NCBI GenBank assembly: GCA_043228905.1 | Contig: JBHGNT010000021.1 | Span: forward strand, 12,834,001-12,898,000 | DNA length: 64,000 nucleotides | Direction of reading: 5' to 3' | DNA from: Azolla caroliniana | Taxonomy: Eukaryota; Plantae; Polypodiophyta | Shown: piece by piece, positions 39,997-49,713 of the stretch | How the letters are laid out: each line of letters starts with the position of its first letter | How positions within the stretch are numbered: position 1 is the stretch's first letter | Translations under genes and position numbers: made by a program | Notes under the pieces: generated by a model | Seen by the model: the letters and a program-made list of their open reading frames with translations, nothing else | What the model was told of the DNA's origin: nothing | The model's database searches: none

Positions 39997-42900
39997 ATGT
40001 CTAGACAAAATAACGACCACATCACCGAAAGAGGGAGACGCCACGCCGAACGGCAGCGACGACGGGAAGCCCTGCAGCAAGCCGTCGACGAGATCCGGAG
40101 CGATCGGTCATTCTCAAAAACGCTTCGGCAAATCGCAGAAAACGCACTGCAGTTCCAGGTTCTACAAGCTTCCGACGAAGGCAGTAGCATAACCAGCCTC
40201 CAAGAAGCGGAGACACTACTACAGACTCTCGCTGGCGGCGACGGGGACGCAGCGGCATTTGCAACATTAGAGGCGGATTCGGATAGCGGGGAAAGCGTGG
40301 GATCCCGCTATAAAAGCAGCCACGAGAACAACCCCTTTGAGTCGGATCGCTCAGCAACATCGGAGCCAGAGGAGGAAATAACTCTGGAGTTCGGTGACCG
40401 GCAATCGCCGAGGAGGGAGGAGCGGATACCAACACCACCCGCGGAGGAACCGCAGGAGCGGTTATCAACACCACCCGCGGAGGAACCGCAGGAGCGGATA
40501 CCAACACCACCTGCGGAGGAACCGCAGGAGCGGATACCAACACCACCTGCGGAGGAACCGCAGGAGCGGAGACCGACATCGGAGGAACCAGCGCAGGAGA
40601 ATCAGTGGGACGACACGATGCCGTATCCGTACCCAAAGTATCGGGATGAGCCCGACGGAGAGGCACATGTGTATGCGTTCCTGCGAACATGGGAAGCCAA
40701 CCACGTGTCCCAGAGACTGACGGAGGCCGAGGCCGACCGATCCAAAGTCGCCGAATTCGGCATGACATTAGAAGGACCGGCGGCCCGGTGGCACGACAAG
40801 CACTTACCAGGCAGCTTCGCCACGTTCGAGGCATTGAAAACCCAGTTTTTACGCTTGTTTCATAGACGAGTGGAACAAAGGGAATTGGTCGGACAATTCT
40901 ACACCACTCGGCAGGGAGAAAACGAGACGGTCCCACAATTTATCATTCGTTTCCAGACCTTGCACAGTCAATTAGCAAGAGCACCACCCGAAGAGGAGGC
41001 CAAGGCAGTCTTTTTGGCTGCGTTAAAAGACCCACTTCGAGCGATGTGTGGAATCCTCGATTTCAGCACCAGCACAATGGACCAAGTCATTGATCGGGTC
41101 CTGGAAATGGACAACACGAGCTCCTTCTTGCCGATGGGGGCGTTACACCAGGCGCTTCCGAAGGAGGAGGATCTCCGGTTCCGACAAGCCCTACAATGCA
41201 CAACATGCCTAAATTCGGGGCACTCGACCGTCGACTGCACCCTGCGTGCACAGTGCATGATATGCAATTCTCGCGCCCACACAACGAACCAATGCGAGTA
41301 TAACCTGTTAACTCGACAAGCGGCACCGGTCCGACACATAGAACCGCGCAATCGGGACCCGGAAGAGGATCGATTCCGGAGGGACGACCGCTACCGACGA
41401 GAACGCGGCGAGAGATACCCCGATAGAAGACGCGACAGCTATGACCGAGAAGAGAACCGAAGGGATAGCTACCCCCGGGACCGGTACGACCGAGAGGATA
41501 ACCGAAGGGATAGCCACCCCCGGGACCGGTACGACCGAGACGAATCCCCGGAATACGAGCGACGAAGAGAAGAAAGGCGGCCAGGAAACCGGAATTTCCA
41601 ACGGAACCAAAGGCGTGGATTCTTCCGTAGAGAGGAGCGTCGGGAGGCAACAAAGAATGACAAACCAGTAGCGGCACCGGAGAACCGAAAAACCGAGGAC
41701 AACCGCCGGGGAATGCCCCTTCCCCAAACATGGGAAAAAGGAGAATCCAGCAACACGCACAGGGTGTACTGTTATTACTGCCGAAAAGAAGGGCATTACA
41801 GTAATCAATGCCCAAGCAAAACAGCCGACAAGCAGCCAGCAGTCAACATGGTGACAGCCGAAGTACAACAGGTTACCACGCGGTCGAAGGGGAAGGCCGC
41901 CGAATGGGAAGCCCAGGAAGCAATCAGAAAACAAGCGGCACAATGGATCAAAGAAGCCAACGAACAAGGTGCGGCGGAAGTAAGAAACCAAAATATGCCA
42001 AGGGAGGAGGAAATCGTACAGCCAGGAGAAAACCCGACATGGCAAGCACTACAAGATTGTCAGATCGTGCTGCCGTTGGCACGGTTACTGCAGTTGGTGC
42101 CGCGGTTCACAGCAGACTTACAAGCCGCCGTGAGCAAACCGACGCCGACGCCGGCACCGGCATTTTTCTCCAACCCGGAGGAAGGCCCAGCGGTGGTTGA
42201 TACCAGTAGCCCAGCAATCACGACAATCGTCAAAGGAAAGGAGATTCCAGGAACAATTATTGACGGAGGCTCCGGGGTGAACGTCATTAGTCGACAGACA
42301 TGCGACGACCTAGGCATCCAGGAGTGGGAACCATGCCCCTTCTGGTTACGCATGGCGGATACAAGCTCAGTCCGACCAACTGGTCTTATCCGGGACTTGG
42401 AAGTAACAATAGGAGGCCACGTATTCCGAATATCGGCCGTGGTACTAGAGCTGAATGTACAAGGCGCATATCCCCTACTGTTAGGACGACCATGGCTGCG
42501 AACTGCGCATATTAAGCAAAACTGGCAAAAGAATATGATCACGTTCCGACGAGGGAAAACAAAGGTACGGGTAGCCACGCAACCACGGGTGCTCACTAGC
42601 AAGGAGGCAACCCCTTTATATGCCGAAAGCATCAACATGTTGGAGGGCTTACCGGATGAGGAAGTTGATCGGTACCTCGAGGAACACCCACAGATCGTCC
42701 CACTTTTTGAGGTGGATATCACGGCAGCGGTAGAGCCGTACATCACAATGCCGGACGAGCCGGACAAAGTGGCGATCCGGGAACTACGCCAAGCACAGGA
42801 GGCCCTAGAAAGAGAAATGACGATATCCCAAAGAGTGAAAGCATCCCAGCTGGAAGAGGTGGACCTCGGCACAACAGAACAACCCCGACCGGTAAAAGTC

Positions 42901-45789
42901 GCGAAGGAATTGCCGAAGGAGGAAAAACAGGCAATGGTAGCACTGTTAACGGATTTCAAGGACGTGTTCGCATGGTCATACGAAGACATGCGAGGGTTGG
43001 ACCCCCAGCTCTACCAGCACCAAATTCATCTAAGTACTGACGCGAAACCCATCGCTCAACGTCGGTACCGGATGAATCCAAACTATGCGGCAAAGGTGAA
43101 GGAGGAAATTGACAAGCTTCTCCGGGTCGGATTTATCCGACCAGTCAAGCAGGCAACCTGGCTAAGCCCGATAGTGGTGGTCCCGAAAAAGAACGGCAAA
43201 ATCCGGGTATGTGTGGACTACAGGAAACTAAATGCCGCGACAGTGACCGACGCTTTTCCACTACCATTCACGGACGGAGTGCTAGATGCGGTGGCCGGCC
43301 ACGAAGTTTACAGCTTCCTGGACGGATTCAGCGGCTACAACCAAATCCGAATGCACCCGGCCGACCAAGAGAAAACAGCGTTCGTGACGGAATGGGGAGT
43401 GTTCGTCGCGGTCGTGATGATGTTCGGATTAAAGACAGCCCCTGCAACATTTCAAAGGATAATTATGGAAATCTTCGGTGGTTTTATTCCCGGTTTTATG
43501 CAGGTCTTCCTAGACGATTTCGCCGTCTACAGCCGACACGAAGAACATCTCGATCACCTACGACTATGCTTAGAAAAGTGCCGCGAGTACCGATTAAGTC
43601 TGAACCCGGCTAAGTGCGTCTTTGGAGTCGCAAGCGGCAATTTGTTAGGCCACGTGGTGAGTCGAGAAGGAATCGCGGTAGATCCGGATAAGGTAAAAGC
43701 AATTCTCGACGCACCAGCACCGAATAGCGCAAAAGCTTTAAGCCGATTCCTTGGTCAAATAAGGTGGCATAGTCGGATGGTACGGCACCTTGCCGACTTT
43801 GCGACACCATTGCACGCTGCTGTACATAGAGTACCTTTCCAATGGACAGAAACGGAGGAGGCAGCCTACCAAGCGTGGAAGGTCATGCTGTCACAAGCTC
43901 CGGTGGTGCAGCCGCCGGACTGGAGTAAAAGCTTTCACGTCTTCGTCGACGCGTCGGACGTAGCAATCGGCAGTGTTTTGATGCAACTCACGGAACCGAA
44001 ATGGTATCGGCCGGTGTACTACGCAAGCAGGAAACTCTCGAAAGCCGAACGGAACTACTCTACAACGGAACGAGAGGCATTAGGAATGGTGTACAGCGTC
44101 ACAAAGTACAGGCACTATCTGCTCGGACGAAAGTTCTCCTTCCACGTTGACCACTCGGCACTACTCTACCTGGTCTCAAAGGCAGCCCTGACAGGAAAAC
44201 TCGCACGGTGGACGCTGCTATTACAGGAATTCGAATTCGACATTTTCCACCGACCCGGGGTGCAGCATGCGATAGCAGACTACCTGAGCAGACTAGAATC
44301 CGGAGAACCAGGGGACGGCGTACAGGACGAATTTCCCGACGCCGAGCTGTTTAAGGTCACAACGGCACCGGCAACGGAGACCACAGTAGCGGACGAAGAC
44401 AAATGGTTAACCGAAATGCATCAGTTCCTGAGCACCGGAGTTCCCCCGGAAAACCTGGACCGGGACGAACGGAAAAGGATGGCAGTACGGAGCAGACATT
44501 TCTGCTTGGTAGGAGACACCCTCTATCACAAGGGGGCAGATGGCGTATGGAGACGAGCAGTGCGGAGCGATGAAAAGGATCTGATCCTGAGGGAAGCCCA
44601 CTGTGGAATTGCAGGCGGGCATTATGCCGGCGAAACAACAGCCCGGAAGATATGGCAGAGCGGACTATGGTGGCCGACTACCATGAGAGATGCCGTTAAG
44701 TATAGCAGGGAATGCGACCTGTGTCAACGACTGGGCCAACCCACGGAGCAGGCCCGGATGCCACATCACCCGGTCTTGCCATTAGAACCATTCCAAAAGT
44801 GGGGCTTGGACTTTGTCGGTCCCTTTAAGCCACCGGCAATGCGGACCGGAAATCGGTATATAATAGTGGCTACCGACTACTGCACCAAATGGGTAGAAGC
44901 AAAGGAACTACGGGACAACACGGCGGCGTCCACGGCCAAATTTTTATATGAATGCATATGGTGTCGGTACGGATGCCCGATTGAGCTGATCAGTGACCAG
45001 GGAGGACATTTCCTCGGGCAGGTGGTGGAAAGTTTGACATCATTCTATGCGGTAGTACACAAACGAAGCACTCCCTACTACCCTCAAGCCAACGGATTAG
45101 CGGAATCAACGAATAAAACGCTACAGAACATCCTTAGAAAAATCGTCAATGAGAACCGGACCGACTGGGACACGAAGTTGCAGAGCGTGCTGTGGGCGTA
45201 CCGAACGGCGTACAAGACCAGCATCCGGACCACCCCGTTCCGACTGGCATTCGGCTTGGAAGCAGTCATGCCAGTAGAATTCCAAATTCCTAGCTTAAGA
45301 ATACAGGTTAAGGAGCGGTTAAGCGAGAAGGAATCCGAACAAATCCGGCTGAAGATGCTGTTAGAACTGGAAGAAAATCGAATAGCCAGCCTGCTACAGC
45401 TAGAACTAGAGCAAAGGAGGAGGAAAGCCTTTGTAGACCGACACCGGCGCGGTAACGAAAAGGAATTCGAGGTCGGGAAACCTGTATTACTGTTCCAGAC
45501 AAGGATGGGGAGCATGCCAGGGAAATTGCGATTTCGGTGGACCGGACCATTCTGGATCACAAAAGAGTACAATGGGTCTTACCAGCTCGGGACGTTGTCA
45601 GGAGAAGTTGTGGGCAAATGGGCAAATGGTTTTCGCCTAAAACCGTATAAGGGGCACATGCCAGCTAACCCCTTCAAGCAAGACCCGGAAAGCCCGAATG
45701 GCGAGGAACCGACACCGACGCGTAACAACGACGAGGAACCGACAACAGTGCGCACCGACCCGAACACATCGGGGGGAACCGAACAATGA
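39997..45789 (+). CDS. Element C Gag-Pol polyprotein (single ORF: Gag with 3 CCHC knuckles, PR, RT, RNase H, INT)
   Basis: Uninterrupted frame with first ATG after the PBS at 39997. Knuckles CTTCLNSGHSTVDC, CMICNSRAHTTNQC and CYYCRKEGHYSNQC; IIDGGSG protease; FLDD RT; VDASD RNase H; H-H-C-C and D,D,E integrase; RWTGPF motif; no chromodomain. Confidence 0.95.
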   Translation: MSRQNNDHITERGRRHAERQRRREALQQAVDEIRSDRSFSKTLRQIAENALQFQVLQASDEGSSITSLQEAETLLQTLAGGDGDAAAFATLEADSDSGESVGSRYKSSHENNPFESDRSATSEPEEEITLEFGDRQSPRREERIPTPPAEEPQERLSTPPAEEPQERIPTPPAEEPQERIPTPPAEEPQERRPTSEEPAQENQWDDTMPYPYPKYRDEPDGEAHVYAFLRTWEANHVSQRLTEAEADRSKVAEFGMTLEGPAARWHDKHLPGSFATFEALKTQFLRLFHRRVEQRELVGQFYTTRQGENETVPQFIIRFQTLHSQLARAPPEEEAKAVFLAALKDPLRAMCGILDFSTSTMDQVIDRVLEMDNTSSFLPMGALHQALPKEEDLRFRQALQCTTCLNSGHSTVDCTLRAQCMICNSRAHTTNQCEYNLLTRQAAPVRHIEPRNRDPEEDRFRRDDRYRRERGERYPDRRRDSYDREENRRDSYPRDRYDREDNRRDSHPRDRYDRDESPEYERRREERRPGNRNFQRNQRRGFFRREERREATKNDKPVAAPENRKTEDNRRGMPLPQTWEKGESSNTHRVYCYYCRKEGHYSNQCPSKTADKQPAVNMVTAEVQQVTTRSKGKAAEWEAQEAIRKQAAQWIKEANEQGAAEVRNQNMPREEEIVQPGENPTWQALQDCQIVLPLARLLQLVPRFTADLQAAVSKPTPTPAPAFFSNPEEGPAVVDTSSPAITTIVKGKEIPGTIIDGGSGVNVISRQTCDDLGIQEWEPCPFWLRMADTSSVRPTGLIRDLEVTIGGHVFRISAVVLELNVQGAYPLLLGRPWLRTAHIKQNWQKNMITFRRGKTKVRVATQPRVLTSKEATPLYAESINMLEGLPDEEVDRYLEEHPQIVPLFEVDITAAVEPYITMPDEPDKVAIRELRQAQEALEREMTISQRVKASQLEEVDLGTTEQPRPVKVAKELPKEEKQAMVALLTDFKDVFAWSYEDMRGLDPQLYQHQIHLSTDAKPIAQRRYRMNPNYAAKVKEEIDKLLRVGFIRPVKQATWLSPIVVVPKKNGKIRVCVDYRKLNAATVTDAFPLPFTDGVLDAVAGHEVYSFLDGFSGYNQIRMHPADQEKTAFVTEWGVFVAVVMMFGLKTAPATFQRIIMEIFGGFIPGFMQVFLDDFAVYSRHEEHLDHLRLCLEKCREYRLSLNPAKCVFGVASGNLLGHVVSREGIAVDPDKVKAILDAPAPNSAKALSRFLGQIRWHSRMVRHLADFATPLHAAVHRVPFQWTETEEAAYQAWKVMLSQAPVVQPPDWSKSFHVFVDASDVAIGSVLMQLTEPKWYRPVYYASRKLSKAERNYSTTEREALGMVYSVTKYRHYLLGRKFSFHVDHSALLYLVSKAALTGKLARWTLLLQEFEFDIFHRPGVQHAIADYLSRLESGEPGDGVQDEFPDAELFKVTTAPATETTVADEDKWLTEMHQFLSTGVPPENLDRDERKRMAVRSRHFCLVGDTLYHKGADGVWRRAVRSDEKDLILREAHCGIAGGHYAGETTARKIWQSGLWWPTTMRDAVKYSRECDLCQRLGQPTEQARMPHHPVLPLEPFQKWGLDFVGPFKPPAMRTGNRYIIVATDYCTKWVEAKELRDNTAASTAKFLYECIWCRYGCPIELISDQGGHFLGQVVESLTSFYAVVHKRSTPYYPQANGLAESTNKTLQNILRKIVNENRTDWDTKLQSVLWAYRTAYKTSIRTTPFRLAFGLEAVMPVEFQIPSLRIQVKERLSEKESEQIRLKMLLELEENRIASLLQLELEQRRRKAFVDRHRRGNEKEFEVGKPVLLFQTRMGSMPGKLRFRWTGPFWITKEYNGSYQLGTLSGEVVGKWANGFRLKPYKGHMPANPFKQDPESPNGEEPTPTRNNDEEPTTVRTDPNTSGGTEQ
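40418..40570 (+). repeat. 36-bp coding tandem repeat (ERIPTPPAEEPQ x4) in the element C Gag N-terminus
   Basis: GAGCGGATACCAACACCACC(C/T)GCGGAGGAACCGCAG is repeated four times, one copy with an LS variant. Confidence 0.9.
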
Positions 45790-46248
45790 TGCGGCATATG
45801 TTAAAAAAAGAAGAAAAAAAAAAAAAAAAAAAAAAGAAAAAAAAATGATGACGTGGTGCTACGGTCAAGAAAATTCAAGACAAGAAGATCAAGAAAATCA
45901 TGGTAATGATGAAGGAGGTAGTTACAACCGTCACACGGGTGCACGAGCTATTTAAAGCACAGAACGTGGGGGGCCGATGTACAGAATTTAAAACGCGCGT
46001 CAATTAAGGAGTCATAATGACAGACACGTAGGAGATTCGACACACGCGGCAAAGAAACGCAAGCATGACACGCGGCAGCAAAGGACAGACATGCTATTCA
46101 TGACAGAGCATGCGCAGGCGCCAAAAATAGGACATGCTATTCAAGGCAGAACACGTGCAGCCGCCGAAATTAAAAAGTGAGATGCTAATTATGGCAGAAG
46201 ATACGCACGCGCGAAAAACAGGAAAAGGCGGCTCGAGGGAAACGCCAC

Positions 46249-46282
46249 TATATAAAGGAAGAATCGGGGAAGGGTTCACTTT
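46249..46282 (+). promoter_or_regulatory. Putative internal Pol II promoter (TATA plus Inr) for element C ORF2
   Basis: TATATAAA at 46249-46256, with Inr-like TCACTTT whose A is at 46278, 29 nt from the TATA start. The first downstream ATG is 46392 (GCGATGG context), in the ORF2 frame. Confidence 0.55.
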
Positions 46283-46391
46283 TTACGAATTTTCCCACAA
46301 GCAAACGCAGGCTCAAGACAGCAAGATCCGACGCGCTGAACACCTACACCCCGACCTCAGACCACAGGCAGCAGCAGACGAAGAAGAAGCG

Positions 46392-49292
46392 ATGGCACTG
46401 TCGGACGGAGTGCGACAATGGCTGACGGAGAACGGATTAGGAGGGCTGCTGCGGGTCGCTGACGCTCCACCACACAAGGAACCAGAGCAGGCGGCAACAG
46501 CGGTGGACTTAGCAGAGGTCACGGAAGGAGCGGTACAAGCGCTCACAGGGATTTCGGAGGGAGGACTTCAAACAATAGAGCTACCCTCGAGCCAAATATT
46601 CTTCGAGTATTTCGGCGAATATTCCCTCAGCAGCAAGGCGTATCGCACACAGGGCGGAGAGAACCTGCTGTTCGGAGAGGTGGCCCGCGCCCTGATGGAG
46701 TATGGGTTCGTGAACCCTCGTCCGGCAGCCATAGCCAAATACCGAGCAGCGATCGTCATCGCGACATTCGAAGGCCTGCAGGTGGACTGGCTCCACTTCA
46801 TCACCGAAGGACTGAAAGAGGCGATAAAGCACTTGGTGGAAGGGAAGAAGCCATGGGCCGGAATATCCCAATGGTTAACAGTGTTGGTCCCACCGGTGTC
46901 CCCCATCAAGCACAAGCAAAGAAGTCGGCAGGAGACTACCCCGAAGCAAACCATGAAACGCCGACGAATCCTAGAAAAACACACTCCAGGATGGACACAG
47001 GAAGAAGAAGCGCCGCCAGAAGAGGGATCATCCCGACAGCCGCGGAAAGAAGGCTCATCTCGACAACCGAGGGAAGAAGACTCCTCCCGACAGCAACGGG
47101 AGGAAGGCTCATCACGGCAGCAACAGAAACAGCAACAGCAACCGACAACGAAGAAGAAAAAGGCGGAAAAAGGCAAGGAGAAGGTGGCAAAGAAGACCAG
47201 CAAGAGGCAAACCGACACCGAACCAGTAACGCTCGAATCGGAACCGGTACCAGTAAAGGAACCAATAGTGGCACCGACGGAGGACGCTGAAACAGAGGAA
47301 GACTCATCCGAGCCGATGTTAATACTACCACCCAGGCAAGGAAAGGAGAAACGAGCGACAAGACCGACCCCAACAGCGGACGAAACTCAGCAACGGGCAA
47401 AAGAACCGCCTCCAGTAACCGGAACAGAAGCGACACAGGATGAAGGTTCGTCTGCACCAAAGACAGCAGTACCGGAACCGACGGCGGCGGAGTTCGAAGA
47501 ACAAAGAAAGGAACAAGCGCCGGAACAAGAGAAGAGGCCGGAGAAACAGCCGGAAAAACAGCCGGAGCTAGGCACGCCTGATGACACCAACGAAGGCAGA
47601 ACAAAGGCACAATGGCTAAGATGGTTGTCAGGGCAGTTGTCGGGAGTAGCAGACCAGATGGAGAAAGAGGAGGAGCAAAGAGAAGAAGTGACTAGGACGA
47701 TGACTAAGGATATGGTCATGCTCCGGGCACAATTAAATGAGCTGCAGGAAGAGATAGCACAGGCAAAAGAAGGCAGCCGACAAGCACAACATGGCACCGA
47801 GCCGGTCGCGACATCAGAAAAGCAAGCCGAACCAGAAACGGAGAAGGCCTTGCAAACCGGCCCTGAGACCGAGAAGTTAATAGCAACTCTGAAAGAAGAA
47901 TTACAGGCTCAGGAGGCATTGAGAGATAACGAAAGAGAGCAGCGGAAGTTGGTAGAAGACGACAGACGGCGAATGGAGGAAGGCCTTCGCCGAAGCAAAG
48001 CCACCAATGACCGACTACAAGAAGAAAACGGGACATTGCAAAAGGAAAAAGATAGGCTGCGCCGACGAATGGAGCAGGAAATTGAGCGGTTGCGAGAGGA
48101 ACTCCGACAACAAAAGGACCGGGATGATCAGTTGCGAGCTCAGGCGAACCGACGCCTAAAACAGAAGACGGAGGAATTCGACCGACTATGTAAGGATTAT
48201 AAACAGGCCACGTCGGACATCAAGAATCAGGCAGCAACGTACGACCGACAGATGGAGAAGCTGAAAGAGCAGCTCAAGGAAAACCGCTTGGAATTGTCCA
48301 AAGCAAGGGAGGAAGTATCGGCGGAGAAGACCTTGACGTCGGAACAAAGAAAGGAGATGGAAGTACTTCGGCAGAAAGTAGGGGAACTGACAAAGAGCCG
48401 GAACGAGGAAAAAGTGAAGTTGACTTTCGAAATCAACAAATGGCGGAGTACCTGTGACAAGCAAAAAGTCGACTCTGAAGCTCAAGCTCAGTTAATGGCC
48501 GACATCATCAAACGGATAAGGAAGGAAAAACAAGCAGCTTCGGAACAGGCTAAAGCAGGGGTTGACCGAATTAAGTTCATCATGTCAAGCTGGAGTACCC
48601 GAGCTCAGGCCAGCATAAATGAAAGCACGGAGAAACTCTGGAAGGAATGGGCACAACAGGCAGCTGAACTGCAGATACTCCGAGCTGATGCAGAAAATCG
48701 GAAGAAAAACGGAGATGGGTTCTATAAAATGGACGAAGAAAGTATCGTCAACATCCGGGAAGAACTGTCGGAGGATTTCTATGCTCTAGCAGAAGAGCAT
48801 CTCAAGGAAATCCGAGGGTTAGTAGAGAGGTTGGATGACGGACAGCTCGAAACCCAACTAGAATTGGAAGGGTACGAGAAGGACCGACTGCAACAGGAAG
48901 CCGAGGGACACACAACGCCGATCTCCATTAGTGAGGGCGAGCGACCGGCTGAAGAGGACCCAACCAACAATGTACCCGAGGAAGAACTTCCGGAGCAAGA
49001 GCAGGTTGATGCCGGGGATAATGCAGAGTGGAGACAGAGAAGTACCGAATCCGGGGAGGAAAGGACACAACCAGTGGAAACCGGAGAGAGCGATACCGGG
49101 AACGGAACGGAGGTGGAGCAGGACAGACCCGGACAGGATACAGAAGAAACACCGGTACCACCGGTACAAGCAGAGTCGGAGCAGCAAGATGCGAAAAGGC
49201 AGCCAATCCAATCGGACGTCGGAGACGGCACAGGCAAAACAACACTTGAAACCGCGGAGCGGAGTTTGCCTGATAATTTGGAGGAAGACTGA
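46392..49292 (+). CDS. Element C ORF2: ~966-aa protein (open from 46134) of unknown function; globular N-domain, disordered linker, long coiled coil, acidic tail
   Basis: Intact 3.1-kb frame between pol and the 3' LTR. Contains EEGSSRQ repeats, basic NLS-like clusters (MKRRRIL, KKKKAEKGKEK) and an extended E/K/R/Q heptad-like region. No clear signal peptide or TM helix. Confidence 0.85.
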   Translation: MALSDGVRQWLTENGLGGLLRVADAPPHKEPEQAATAVDLAEVTEGAVQALTGISEGGLQTIELPSSQIFFEYFGEYSLSSKAYRTQGGENLLFGEVARALMEYGFVNPRPAAIAKYRAAIVIATFEGLQVDWLHFITEGLKEAIKHLVEGKKPWAGISQWLTVLVPPVSPIKHKQRSRQETTPKQTMKRRRILEKHTPGWTQEEEAPPEEGSSRQPRKEGSSRQPREEDSSRQQREEGSSRQQQKQQQQPTTKKKKAEKGKEKVAKKTSKRQTDTEPVTLESEPVPVKEPIVAPTEDAETEEDSSEPMLILPPRQGKEKRATRPTPTADETQQRAKEPPPVTGTEATQDEGSSAPKTAVPEPTAAEFEEQRKEQAPEQEKRPEKQPEKQPELGTPDDTNEGRTKAQWLRWLSGQLSGVADQMEKEEEQREEVTRTMTKDMVMLRAQLNELQEEIAQAKEGSRQAQHGTEPVATSEKQAEPETEKALQTGPETEKLIATLKEELQAQEALRDNEREQRKLVEDDRRRMEEGLRRSKATNDRLQEENGTLQKEKDRLRRRMEQEIERLREELRQQKDRDDQLRAQANRRLKQKTEEFDRLCKDYKQATSDIKNQAATYDRQMEKLKEQLKENRLELSKAREEVSAEKTLTSEQRKEMEVLRQKVGELTKSRNEEKVKLTFEINKWRSTCDKQKVDSEAQAQLMADIIKRIRKEKQAASEQAKAGVDRIKFIMSSWSTRAQASINESTEKLWKEWAQQAAELQILRADAENRKKNGDGFYKMDEESIVNIREELSEDFYALAEEHLKEIRGLVERLDDGQLETQLELEGYEKDRLQQEAEGHTTPISISEGERPAEEDPTNNVPEEELPEQEQVDAGDNAEWRQRSTESGEERTQPVETGESDTGNGTEVEQDRPGQDTEETPVPPVQAESEQQDAKRQPIQSDVGDGTGKTTLETAERSLPDNLEED

Positions 49293-49713
49293 AGCCGGCT
49301 GTGGGTTCGAAGTGCAATGCACTTTCCCACGGGCGTGCCATGTGTTGGCCGGTCAGAGAAGGCAAATGGGAAAGCAAGGTCGGATCGGATAAATATAGAA
49401 ATAGGAATAGAATTATTAGGAGGGACGGATCCGGTAGTTGTAACCGATCCGGATCCGAACCGATTCGGTTTCGGTTAACGGTTGCCTACCGAGCACCGAT
49501 TGTAATCTGGCCGGATGCCTATAAAAGGATCCGATGTTTTGTAATGAAAGCGCGAAGAATTAATATAGTTTTGCTTATGCTGATTAATCTTGTCTTCGTC
49601 TGTGCTTAAGTTTAATTATCATACGCGTGTATTAACATCCTATCCCTACCACCCCTTTGGAGAAGTGTCGGATAGACACCTGTGTTGAGGCTAGTCCAGC
49701 CATACATACAACA

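Larger units (their letters stand above)
39574..49713 (+). mobile_element. Element C: very young, apparently intact non-chromovirus Ty3/Gypsy element with an extra 3' ORF; LTRs 39574-39944 and 49343-49713
   Basis: 371-bp TG...CA LTRs with one substitution seen (GATTCAG vs GATTCGG). 5-bp TSD ACTCC at 39569-39573 and 49714-49718. PBS TGGCGACCAC at 39951-39960 is a 10-nt match to the plant tRNA-Arg(UCG) 3' end as recalled. Confidence 0.96.

Noticed and set aside
46134-49292. Calling ORF2 an envelope gene or a captured SMC/myosin host gene
   Set aside because: No signal peptide, TM helix, or ATPase/motor motif is visible; coiled-coil composition alone is non-specific.
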